Positions 47,082 through 55,669 of a stretch of 64,000 bases of DNA are shown here, piece by piece; the stretch's first letter is position 1; every line of letters starts with the position of its first letter. The DNA is from a virus. The stretch is from the IMG/VR virus record IMGVR_UViG_3300007513_002727, positions 1 through 64,000 of that record; one strand, 5' to 3'. A program made the translations under genes and the position numbers. The notes beneath the pieces are model-generated. The model worked only from the letters and a program-made list of their open reading frames with translations. It searched no databases and had not been told where the DNA came from.

Positions 47082-47393
47082 ATGCCAGCAATAGCAAGAT
47101 ATCTAGATCAAGAAAGAGGTCCCAAACACTGTACACAGCCAAAACGATATGGTCACGTTAGATCAGTTTTTGCTAATGGAAAAAAATTAAGTTGTCAAGG
47201 ACATATAAACACGCCAAAACATAAAATATTCGTACCAGGCGATCCGCCTAAGTGTAAAGCTCACAGTAAAAAATTAATAAGAGGTTCTCCAAATGTGTTT
47301 GCTGAAGGCTTACGAGTAGGAAGAAAAGGTGATAGAACTGGTTGTTCAAAAGTAGTAAAGGGTTCACCTAATGTATATGCAAATGGCGGGTAA
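47082..47393 (+). CDS. PAAR-like baseplate spike tip protein
   Basis: MPAIAR..D, SVFANG, GSPNVFAEG..GR.GD..C..GSPNVYANG. Confidence 0.85.
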   Translation: MPAIARYLDQERGPKHCTQPKRYGHVRSVFANGKKLSCQGHINTPKHKIFVPGDPPKCKAHSKKLIRGSPNVFAEGLRVGRKGDRTGCSKVVKGSPNVYANGG

Positions 47394-47396
47394 CAG

Positions 47397-48692
47397 ATGA
47401 CAATTAATAAAGGCTTAAAATCACTTGTAGAATCATCTCCAAACTTTTCTAATCAACATTTAGAAAATTCAATTAATGATATTAAAAGTATTGATAATGA
47501 CGATGGCTATATGTTTATATTATCTCAGTTTGCTGTGGACACAGCAATACACGACAATACAGTATTAACTCAAACACAAAAAAACGATGCACTAGAAACT
47601 TTGTATAACGCTCAACCTCATCTACAAATTGGACGTTATCTTAATGATGTAATTAGACACACATCTACTATACTTGATGGGACAATAGTTGCACTAGAAG
47701 ACCCAGATCAAAATGTTTCAGCAGACTTCTTAGAAATATTACAAACAGTCCAAAGCATACAAGATACAATACCAGACCTATATGGAGTTCCAGCAAGTGA
47801 AAAAAGCAGAGATGTAAATGATCATTTAGGAACATTAAACAACATATTTTTAGAAACTGAAGATAGTTCTAAACCTGTGTTTACAAGATTAAAAGAAACT
47901 TTACAACTTATAGAAAACGAGGCAAGAAGCATCAGTGCTCTAGCTACTGCCACAGCGGCGGTGAGATATTCAAACACACAGTTGGTTGATTTTTTAGCAA
48001 CCGTTGTGGCTGACTCTACAGACTTTCAAACAACTTTAGATAATAGGGTAAACACAGCCGCAGGTAATATGGCCAACTTACACAATCGAATAGCCGCTCT
48101 TCCAGGAGATCGAACTATACCGTCAGGATCAAACATAGCCACTATCTTGGTCGCTATTAGAGAAGAAATAAACACTCAAGTAAATTTAGAAAATTCTAAC
48201 TTGTCTGGCATTAGAACTTATGTAGGTACACTTACAGACAATAATGCATATACAGCTCTAGCAGAAGATTCTGAATTAAGAAAACTTATGGCTCGTGTAT
48301 CACGAAATGCAGATTGGCAAACTTATTTTAATGATTATGAAACTAATTCTGAAAATTCAAATCCTATATACGATATTGATACTGATTCAGATAAGGTATC
48401 TGTAATTGATAGAGTATTAGAAGAACAAGGATTACCTGATGTATTAGACCACGTGGATCTTGAAAGTGTTGCTAACAAAGCCAAAGAAGATGATAGAATT
48501 GACACAAGGAATTTTGATCACTATACAATAGAAACAATTATTACAAAATGCTGTCAACAACTAGGAATCACTACAGCAAATCGTTCAATATATAATCAAA
48601 GTGAATCATTATTAGATAATCTAAACAAACGTGATCGACAAAAAATTGCTGACGCTTTAGACTTAAACGAGTCTTCTAATACTTTAAGTTAA
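47397..48692 (+). CDS. putative baseplate or tail-associated protein
   Basis: 431 aa, acidic and helical, follows PAAR. Confidence 0.55.
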   Translation: MTINKGLKSLVESSPNFSNQHLENSINDIKSIDNDDGYMFILSQFAVDTAIHDNTVLTQTQKNDALETLYNAQPHLQIGRYLNDVIRHTSTILDGTIVALEDPDQNVSADFLEILQTVQSIQDTIPDLYGVPASEKSRDVNDHLGTLNNIFLETEDSSKPVFTRLKETLQLIENEARSISALATATAAVRYSNTQLVDFLATVVADSTDFQTTLDNRVNTAAGNMANLHNRIAALPGDRTIPSGSNIATILVAIREEINTQVNLENSNLSGIRTYVGTLTDNNAYTALAEDSELRKLMARVSRNADWQTYFNDYETNSENSNPIYDIDTDSDKVSVIDRVLEEQGLPDVLDHVDLESVANKAKEDDRIDTRNFDHYTIETIITKCCQQLGITTANRSIYNQSESLLDNLNKRDRQKIADALDLNESSNTLS

Positions 48693-48696
48693 AATT

Positions 48697-49287
48697 TTAT
48701 TCCAACAGCTCGTGAATACCGTAATATAAGAAGTAAATTGCTAGGCCAGTAAATATCCAACGACTAGCTCTCCATATTTTAGCAACTGGAATTTTTCTAA
48801 TTTGTTTTGATGCTACTAGGCCGACTATAAGCAAAGCACCCAATCCAATCACAGCACCTAATCCAATACTCATTACAGATGTACCTGCGTACATTAATGC
48901 TGTAAGAAATGCTACAATTTCTGCGCCTTCTCTAAACACGGTAAGAAATACAATTAATGCCAATGCCAATATTGGTCCATTACTTTTTAAATTAGCCTGA
49001 ATAATTTTTGTATGTTGTACTGCTCCATGACAGAACCATGCTGTCCAAAACAATAATCCAGAGGCGGCCAGTGCCGTCCATCCTTCTACTGCTTCAAAGT
49101 CGTTTGCAATGAACTGTTGAGCAAAGTATCCTAATATCACTGCACAAACAAGTGCTAATGCTGTTGATCCTAATATTGTTATTTTTTGTCTATAATTGGT
49201 TACCATTAGCCAAGCCATCTGTACTATTAGATATGCTTCTAAGCCTTCTCTAAACCAAATAAACGTAGGTGCTAATGTTCCTGTCAT
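48697..49287 (-). CDS. FTR1/EfeU-family iron permease
   Basis: Two RExxE motifs (FREGLE, FREGAE); about 6 TM segments. Confidence 0.9.
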   Translation of the reverse strand: MTGTLAPTFIWFREGLEAYLIVQMAWLMVTNYRQKITILGSTALALVCAVILGYFAQQFIANDFEAVEGWTALAASGLLFWTAWFCHGAVQHTKIIQANLKSNGPILALALIVFLTVFREGAEIVAFLTALMYAGTSVMSIGLGAVIGLGALLIVGLVASKQIRKIPVAKIWRASRWIFTGLAIYFLYYGIHELLE

Positions 49288-49361
49288 AATATTAGTATAT
49301 TGCGAATAATATGCAATCGCAAGTATTTATTTCTATTTCGGTAATCTAATTTAAATGTGAG

Positions 49362-49733
49362 TTATTTCAACTCTACAGTTCCGCCGGCTTCTTCTAACTG
49401 CTTTTTAAGTTTTTCAACTTCTTCTTTTTCAATATCTTCTTTAACTGGTTTTGGTAAATCCTCAACAAAATTCTTGGCTTCTATTAACCCTAATCCTAAT
49501 ATATCTTTAATTGCTTTTAATACTGGAATTTTTTTGTTCTCACCAAATCCTGTTAGCATAACGGTTGCAGTTGCTTTCTCTTCTGCTGGTGCTGATGCTG
49601 ATGCTTGGGCAGGTGCTGATTGTAAGTTATCTAGGTCTATGTTCCACTCTTTGGCTAGTTTTTTAGATAGGTCTAGTGCTTCTAGAACTGTAAGTTGCCC
49701 TAGTTCCTTCACTAATGTATCTATATTTGCCAT
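49362..49733 (-). CDS. rplL: 50S ribosomal protein bL12 (L7/L12)
   Basis: LTVLEA..L.K, Ala-rich hinge, KIPVLKAIK, LGLIEAK..VE..P..VKE, LEEAGGTVELK. Confidence 0.95.
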   Translation of the reverse strand: MANIDTLVKELGQLTVLEALDLSKKLAKEWNIDLDNLQSAPAQASASAPAEEKATATVMLTGFGENKKIPVLKAIKDILGLGLIEAKNFVEDLPKPVKEDIEKEEVEKLKKQLEEAGGTVELK

Positions 49734-49742
49734 TATTTGTTA

Positions 49743-49877
49743 TTATTTTTTTCGTTTACCCATGTAATGCTCAGATGGTTCGTAGTTCCATCGTTTGCCA
49801 TGATGTCCACGGATATCTGCATACCACATTCTAAGTCTTACTATAAATTTTCGAATTGCTCTATTTCTGATTGTCAC
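49743..49877 (-). CDS. small basic protein (not in the ORF track)
   Basis: GTG start; RLRMWYADIRGHHGKRWNYEPSEHYMG. Confidence 0.55.
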   Translation of the reverse strand: MTIRNRAIRKFIVRLRMWYADIRGHHGKRWNYEPSEHYMGKRKK

Positions 49878-50081
49878 TTATCTTCCTATCTTCTTTTTTC
49901 TACCAATTGGTAATTTTTGTTCTTTAACGAAAACCTCCCCTTTTTTCGTCTCCCACTCAATAGTTACCATCGGAGCCTTAGAAGATGCTTGAAACGACTT
50001 TAGAGCTTTCTTAAATGATGTTGCCTCAATTATTTTTTCTTCTGTTCCAGATATAATTTTAAATTCTCTCATTTTTGACAT
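49878..50081 (-). CDS. small basic hypothetical protein
   Basis: SFKKALK...LPIGRKK. Confidence 0.65.
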   Translation of the reverse strand: MSKMREFKIISGTEEKIIEATSFKKALKSFQASSKAPMVTIEWETKKGEVFVKEQKLPIGRKKKIGR

Positions 50082-50140
50082 AATAATTTAATGTAACATA
50101 AGATTGACTTTTTGTCAACTGTATGCTTAAATATTAATAA

Positions 50141-50433
50141 GTTTGTTGACTAATAATTAATAAGCGGACAAGACGAGAGTTCGAATCTCTCCACCTCCAC
50201 CAAATTTTGGTGGCTTATGTAATCCCTTTCGGGGGTGTTATTGGAAATCGATTGACGTCTAAACTTGTTACGAGAACTTGGACATGGTACTGACCTAACA
50301 GGCCGTTTTTAAATGCAAACAAAAGAGCATTAGGATTTGCTGACTTTACAGTTGGTATGTCTGAATTGAGATTAGCGGCGTAATAACTGTTTAATTTCTG
50401 GGGTTTGGCCCACCTCGCAACAGAACGGGCCAC
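50141..50433 (+). ncRNA. ssrA: two-piece (circularly permuted) tmRNA, alphaproteobacterial type
   Basis: The acceptor piece with T arm GAGAG-TTCGAAT-CTCTC and CACCTCC-A-CCA (ends 50202) precedes the coding piece starting GGGGGTG (50231, G3.U70 pair). Tag ORF 50315-50383 is ANKRALGFADFTVGMSELRLAA. The 3' element is TGGCCCACCT..CAACAGAA.GGGCCA. The 5' boundary is approximate. Confidence 0.92.
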
Positions 50434-50515
50434 TTCATTTAAAACAACATATAACTTATACCGTCATATAATTGATGCAACTATTGATTTAAATAATTGC
50501 GTCAAGGGGGAGGGT

Positions 50516-50827
50516 ATGTTTAAAAAGGCACAAAAACGAACAAATTATTGGTCTAAGATCAGAAAGAAGGCACCTAAAGTCCCTGATATAACTTGTCCTG
50601 ACATTGATTGGGTAGTAAATCAATTAGAAAAAGCCATAGGCAAATCAATAACACAAACACAGTTTAAAAGAATAGAAAAAAAGATGGAAAAATTAAGAAT
50701 AACAAACGAACAATTAAGAGAAAGCGGAATATACTGGCATGACGCTTGTAAAGAAACTGTTCGTGATTTACTTGGAAAGAAAAAGAACTCTGATACACCG
50801 TGGTTTTATAGGAGCTCTTTGGATTAG
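50516..50827 (+). CDS. hypothetical protein
   Basis: GGAGG SD; APKVPDITCPDID...LR..NEQLRESG.YW. Confidence 0.7.
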   Translation: MFKKAQKRTNYWSKIRKKAPKVPDITCPDIDWVVNQLEKAIGKSITQTQFKRIEKKMEKLRITNEQLRESGIYWHDACKETVRDLLGKKKNSDTPWFYRSSLD

Positions 50828-50832
50828 ATAAT

Positions 50833-51036
50833 ATGTGGAAAGTACTTGTTATATTATGTATGGTTGGGTATGATTGCTCAGCATTTCAACAAAGCCCAAT
50901 GCAGTTTTATGAAACCTATGAAGAGTGTCTTATTGTTGCTCGTCAAAAACGGGACCTCTTAATAATGAAATATGCAGAACATGGTTATTATATAACAGAA
51001 TCAAAAGCAGTTTGTGAACAACAACCAGTAACTTAA
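50833..51036 (+). CDS. small secreted Cys-containing protein
   Basis: Hydrophobic N-terminus, YETYEEC, AVC. Confidence 0.6.
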   Translation: MWKVLVILCMVGYDCSAFQQSPMQFYETYEECLIVARQKRDLLIMKYAEHGYYITESKAVCEQQPVT

Positions 51037-51228
51037 ATGAAATGGGTATTAATAATATATTTTTTTATTAGTGGTCCTAATGGTGGATGGACAGAAACAG
51101 ATAGAACTTTTTACCAAACTAAACAACAATGTATAGAATATAGAGATTTTTTCAATGCCCTTCCTAAACCTGGAACACTAATGTCTAGATGTAAAAGAGT
51201 CGATTCTGTAAGCAAATTGAATTTTTAG
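51037..51228 (+). CDS. small secreted Cys-containing protein
   Basis: MKWVLII, YQTKQQC, SRC; same pattern as the previous gene. Confidence 0.6.
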   Translation: MKWVLIIYFFISGPNGGWTETDRTFYQTKQQCIEYRDFFNALPKPGTLMSRCKRVDSVSKLNF

Positions 51229-51374
51229 TTTTTATATCTACACGCATAATAATATTTAATAGCAAGGTTGACTCTTATTAAAATTCTGTTATAATAGTTA
51301 GATAATTGGGTCATTAATGTATGCCCTAGGCACTAATGTACATTGATAGACACTTAATATAGGATTAAAATATT

Positions 51375-52460
51375 ATGAAAAGAGAAAAACGTAGACTTTT
51401 GGATATTCTACCAGAAGTGAAAACAGCACTAGCAACCTCAATCAAAGGTTGGGATGGTATTCTAAAAGGTGCTAAAAATAAACTTAAAAAAGATTTAACA
51501 GCAGGTAAGAATTTCCCACAAGGTGTACAAGCCATAGACATATCTAAAATATGGATAGACTATTCTGTACAAAGAGACATTAAACATAAACACGTAGCTA
51601 AAATTATAGAAAGATTTGATCCTCGTATAGCGATGCCAAGTGCAGGTGTTAAATTATTAAATGGTGCTGAAGATGATAGAATTTTTGTTTATGACGGGCA
51701 ACATAGATTAATGGTATGTGCTTTGTTAGATATTAAAGAAGTACAGGTATGTGTTATTGAAACATCAGAAAAAACATTTCCAGCATACGCATTTGAAGTG
51801 TGTAATGATTCGGGTATAGCAAAAGCAAGTAAAGAAGATATACACAGAACATTATTATATAGATGGGAACACGGTACTGAAGAAGAACGTGAAGATCCTA
51901 GAGTTAGAAAAGCACACAAAATACAAACTGTATTTGATGAATGTAGTATAGACTTAGAAGGACAACGTATTCGTAAAAGCGATAAACTACGAGGTTCACA
52001 AGCACACTTCTTTTCACACTTTCAATATGCACACTTTGGTTATGATGAGATTGGAATGCTAGAAATGAAAAAAGTTCTTAACGCAATTAAAACTGTTTAT
52101 GCAGATGAGGAAGAAATTGATCAAGGTTTATACATAGGACTTGTGGATATGATTAGAATTGCAAAAAGTGAACAAGAATTAGAAGACTTGCCCGAGGGTT
52201 GGATGGAAGTTGTATTAAAAGTTATTAAAAGAGCAACTGGTAATGCTAAAAACTTTACACAATGTACTCGAGAACAATGGCAACATCATAACGGAACTTC
52301 AATGGAAGGTCCTAAAGGTATGTGTAATACAATGAGAGAAGTATATAAAAAATATCACGATAAAGAAGAATATATTAATGTTCCACATCACCAAAATTGT
52401 AAAGTGGGAATTATAGATGATAACATCTGTGCAAGATTTGAGGCTATGTTAAATGGTTGA
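51375..52460 (+). CDS. ParB/sulfiredoxin-like DGQHR-domain protein
   Basis: IDYSVQRDI, FVYDGQHRL; own promoter TTGACT...TATAAT at about 51268-51295. Confidence 0.75.
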   Translation: MKREKRRLLDILPEVKTALATSIKGWDGILKGAKNKLKKDLTAGKNFPQGVQAIDISKIWIDYSVQRDIKHKHVAKIIERFDPRIAMPSAGVKLLNGAEDDRIFVYDGQHRLMVCALLDIKEVQVCVIETSEKTFPAYAFEVCNDSGIAKASKEDIHRTLLYRWEHGTEEEREDPRVRKAHKIQTVFDECSIDLEGQRIRKSDKLRGSQAHFFSHFQYAHFGYDEIGMLEMKKVLNAIKTVYADEEEIDQGLYIGLVDMIRIAKSEQELEDLPEGWMEVVLKVIKRATGNAKNFTQCTREQWQHHNGTSMEGPKGMCNTMREVYKKYHDKEEYINVPHHQNCKVGIIDDNICARFEAMLNG

Positions 52461-53031
52461 TGTTAATAAACTTAAATGGCTGGGTGAACACTTTCAATCA
52501 TTACCTAGATTTCGTAAAAAAAACAACATCTTATCTAACACCGCAAGTTTAAAATTTCTTAAAACAGAAGTTGAAAGACTTAAAGATATGTTAAGACAAA
52601 AAAGATCAAGTGACGAACGTTATGAGATTAGTAAAATATTAAATAGAACCGTTCGTAGAACACAAGATATTTGCCAAAACATTTATAGTATTCATTATTA
52701 CGAAGAATTTGAACAAGACAAACGTAGAGTAAAAGAACACGTCATACCACAAAATTTATTAATTGATGCATATTTAGAAGGACATATAACATTTGAAACT
52801 ATGTTGGGTATGCCGTTAGTAAATTTAAGCGAAGCAAGTGATCAACTAATTACAGGTAAAGGACTAGCTAAAGTAAATTCAAATTGGGTATATCCTTTTA
52901 GAAGATATAAAATAGCAGGCATACAAGAAAACATTTATACTGCGAGTGGTGTTAAAATTGATTTCGAAAATTGGAGCCTTACTGATCACTTTAAACTATA
53001 CAAAGAGATAGAACTATATGGAAAATTATAA
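52453..53031 (+). CDS. hypothetical protein with EHxxP (HNH-like) motif
   Basis: KEHVIPQN, PFRRY..AGI; overlaps the upstream gene. Confidence 0.5.
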   Translation: MVDVNKLKWLGEHFQSLPRFRKKNNILSNTASLKFLKTEVERLKDMLRQKRSSDERYEISKILNRTVRRTQDICQNIYSIHYYEEFEQDKRRVKEHVIPQNLLIDAYLEGHITFETMLGMPLVNLSEASDQLITGKGLAKVNSNWVYPFRRYKIAGIQENIYTASGVKIDFENWSLTDHFKLYKEIELYGKL

Positions 53032-53632
53032 GCAAGAAATAGAAAACATGATTGCTGTATGTAATCTTCATGCAAGAAGTTATGCAGGTGGTAAAAATAT
53101 TAGTTCAAAAGTACAAAATGCTATGCGAATGATTCCTAGACATAACTTTGTTCCACATCATCCTTATAAAGATACTCCAATGCCAATTGGACATGGTCAA
53201 ACAATTTCTCAACCTTTTATTGTAGCATATATGACAGATATGCTAGATATTGGTCTTTCACATACAGTATTAGAAATTGGTACAGGTTCAGGATACCAAG
53301 CGGCAGTACTATCTGAAGTTGCTTCAAAAGTTTATACTGTTGAAAGAATTAAAGCATTGGCGGATCAAACAAAAATACTTCTTGAACATTATAGTAATAT
53401 ACATATGAAAATAGGAAACGGATATGAAGGGTGGAATGAACACGCACCTTATGATAGAATTATTGTAACAGCCATGCCAGATTATATTCCAAAATCATTA
53501 ATTGAACAACTTAAAGACGGAGGCAAAATGATTATTCCTGTTAAAGGTAATTTAATATTAGTTACTAAAACAGGTAAAACATACACAGAGAAATCTTTAA
53601 TTGGAGTACGTTTTGTACCATTAGTAGAATGA
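53018..53632 (+). CDS. pcm: protein-L-isoaspartate O-methyltransferase
   Basis: PRHNFV, GQTISQP, VLEIGTGSGYQAA, APYDRIIVTA, VRFVPL. Confidence 0.95.
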   Translation: MENYKQEIENMIAVCNLHARSYAGGKNISSKVQNAMRMIPRHNFVPHHPYKDTPMPIGHGQTISQPFIVAYMTDMLDIGLSHTVLEIGTGSGYQAAVLSEVASKVYTVERIKALADQTKILLEHYSNIHMKIGNGYEGWNEHAPYDRIIVTAMPDYIPKSLIEQLKDGGKMIIPVKGNLILVTKTGKTYTEKSLIGVRFVPLVE

Positions 53633-54342
53633 TTGACTGGCAAAAATACGGACCTAGCTATACAGTATCGCCTGGCATTAAAAAAATTGGAGATCTTCCA
53701 ATTATTGAATTTGATGATCAAGAGGATAGATATTTAGAACTAAAGAAAAAAACTAAAGAAAATATATTTTTTGATCCAATGTTTGATAACGACAAAGATC
53801 AAAAAGTAGTTAATAAAATAAAAGAGATATTAAAAATAGAATATCCTAACAAGAACTTTAATTTTAATACATTTGAAGAAATGGGTTATGCTATACAAGA
53901 AGACATAGCAATTTTCCATCGCTCTAATAAACTAATAGCTCTTCACGTATCGTTTCCTTCAAGTTGGAAACCTAAAGACAAAATTGGATTATCATTTGCA
54001 AATATTCATGCACCAGTACCGGGTATGCAAAAGTTTTTAGAACAAGAACAAAAGTATGTAGATATGATGTGTACTGCTATTAAGCCTATTATTAGATATG
54101 TTTGGGGAGAACATTTTAATTATTTGTTAAATCCACTTGAACCTCTTAATGGAGTAAAAGTAATGCACACAGAACGACAAACGTTTGTAGGACTACCAGA
54201 AGATGATTTAGCAATTTTCTTTATTAGAAAAAAAGTTATTCCGTATAGCGATACAGATACAGAGTTTCAATTATGGTATGAGAAACAAAAACTTTCAATG
54301 TCAGAAGAGCAGAAAACATACAAATTGGTAAATGAAGTTTGA
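53629..54342 (+). CDS. DUF3445 / heme-dependent oxidative N-demethylase alpha-like protein
   Basis: IQEDIAI, FPSSW.P.DKIG.SF..IHAPVPG, ERQT..LP. Confidence 0.8.
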   Translation: MIDWQKYGPSYTVSPGIKKIGDLPIIEFDDQEDRYLELKKKTKENIFFDPMFDNDKDQKVVNKIKEILKIEYPNKNFNFNTFEEMGYAIQEDIAIFHRSNKLIALHVSFPSSWKPKDKIGLSFANIHAPVPGMQKFLEQEQKYVDMMCTAIKPIIRYVWGEHFNYLLNPLEPLNGVKVMHTERQTFVGLPEDDLAIFFIRKKVIPYSDTDTEFQLWYEKQKLSMSEEQKTYKLVNEV

Positions 54343-54550
54343 TTGTTTTTATAAGGTTACTGTAACCACGTGTGTTCCTGAGTCTATAAATTTCTTTGAA
54401 GATCAAGAAATATATCATTGGGGATATTATCCATATCATTTGGTAATCAAAGGAGTAAAAGAACTTTACAAAGAGGGTGCTGATGCTGTAGAATTAGAAA
54501 TGATAACACAAGAAGAATTTGACAAAATTATAAAACCATATACACCATGA
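54332..54550 (+). CDS. hypothetical protein
   Basis: Coupled ORF. Confidence 0.6.
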   Translation: MKFDCFYKVTVTTCVPESINFFEDQEIYHWGYYPYHLVIKGVKELYKEGADAVELEMITQEEFDKIIKPYTP

Positions 54551-54756
54551 AAGAATTTAAATTAAACATTAAAATAGGTGACAAAGTAGAAGTAGGACGA
54601 TTTCGTAATGTTACCACTAAAATTAAAGCAATCGAACTTGACAATAACGGGCAACCTGTTATAATAACAAATAAAGGTGCAAAGAAATTATTAAGTTGCA
54701 GATTGGTAAAACTATATAAAACATCAAAACAACTACTAATGGAAAAAAAGAAATGA
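54547..54756 (+). CDS. small SH3-like protein, paralog of 34201-34440
   Basis: IGDKVEVGRF...IELDNNGQP. Confidence 0.7.
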   Translation: MKEFKLNIKIGDKVEVGRFRNVTTKIKAIELDNNGQPVIITNKGAKKLLSCRLVKLYKTSKQLLMEKKK

Positions 54757-55475
54757 AACATTTAGGACACAAAGGAATAGAGGCAAACGATACACTACCA
54801 AAATATTTTGGTACAAATAATAGATTAATGACAACACTACAAAAGGTTGCTGAAAAAGATACTGCTGAATATTTTTACAATTTAGAAATACAACCAGAAT
54901 TTATTCCAAGTGCAGAGCCAGAAACATTTGCAACACTAGATGCAAGTAAGGCAAAATGCAGAGAAGAAGCATGGAAACGTGCAAACGTCGATGGGTTTGT
55001 TGCAGAGTATGGTATAGACAAAGGTAAAAGTTTTATACAATTATGTGAACTTAACAAAGATAATGAAACATTTGGCTTTGATGGATTTTTAGGATTGCCA
55101 GATGGTGTATGGCCGGGCAACATGATTCATCAAGGTGCGTTTAATTATGATGGACAAATTCCGTTTGATATCCCAAGCAATGGTACTATTACTAATGGTT
55201 GGTTTAATAAAACATTACCAAACTTTAATTATAAACAACCAGTTGCAAAATTTTTACATATTGATTGTGATGTATATTCAAGTACTGTAGACGTATTCAA
55301 TACCTTGCAAGGCAAAATTGTTCCAGGTACTGTAATTGTATTCGACGACTATTGTAATCATCCAAATTGGAGACAAGGTGAATACAAGGCTTGGCAAGAA
55401 TTTAGATCCAACAATAATATCCAATACAAATATCTTTATGTTGCTGGTATGGCCGTAGCATTAATTGTTATCTAA
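54753..55475 (+). CDS. TylF/MycF-like class I O-methyltransferase
   Basis: AEYGIDKG.S, FGFDGF.GLP, GWF..TL, LHIDCDVY.ST, IVFDDY. Confidence 0.85.
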   Translation: MKHLGHKGIEANDTLPKYFGTNNRLMTTLQKVAEKDTAEYFYNLEIQPEFIPSAEPETFATLDASKAKCREEAWKRANVDGFVAEYGIDKGKSFIQLCELNKDNETFGFDGFLGLPDGVWPGNMIHQGAFNYDGQIPFDIPSNGTITNGWFNKTLPNFNYKQPVAKFLHIDCDVYSSTVDVFNTLQGKIVPGTVIVFDDYCNHPNWRQGEYKAWQEFRSNNNIQYKYLYVAGMAVALIVI

Positions 55476-55637
55476 GTGACACTCACACACGGTTTAATAT
55501 TAGGAATTGGTGGCACAATACTTACTTTAGTTGGCTTTGGTATTGCTTTTTATACTGCTACGGCACAACAAAAAAAGAAACTACAAGATGAAGAAACTCA
55601 AAGAAAACATAAAAAATTGTATGGTAATTTTGGTTGA
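55476..55637 (+). CDS. small single-TM protein (not in the ORF track)
   Basis: GTG start; GLILGIGGTILTLVGFGIAFY followed by a basic tail. Confidence 0.5.
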   Translation: MTLTHGLILGIGGTILTLVGFGIAFYTATAQQKKKLQDEETQRKHKKLYGNFG

Positions 55638-55662
55638 CAAAATACCAAAAATATAATATAAT
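55634..55662 (+). promoter_or_regulatory. consensus sigma70 promoter
   Basis: TTGACA (55634)-17-TATAAT (55657). Confidence 0.85.
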
Positions 55663-55669
55663 GGTAACT

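Noticed and set aside
50215-50433. 72-aa minus-strand ORF, and the 50405 upstream extension of the next gene
   Set aside because: They overlap the tmRNA; the downstream gene has a good SD at the 50516 start.
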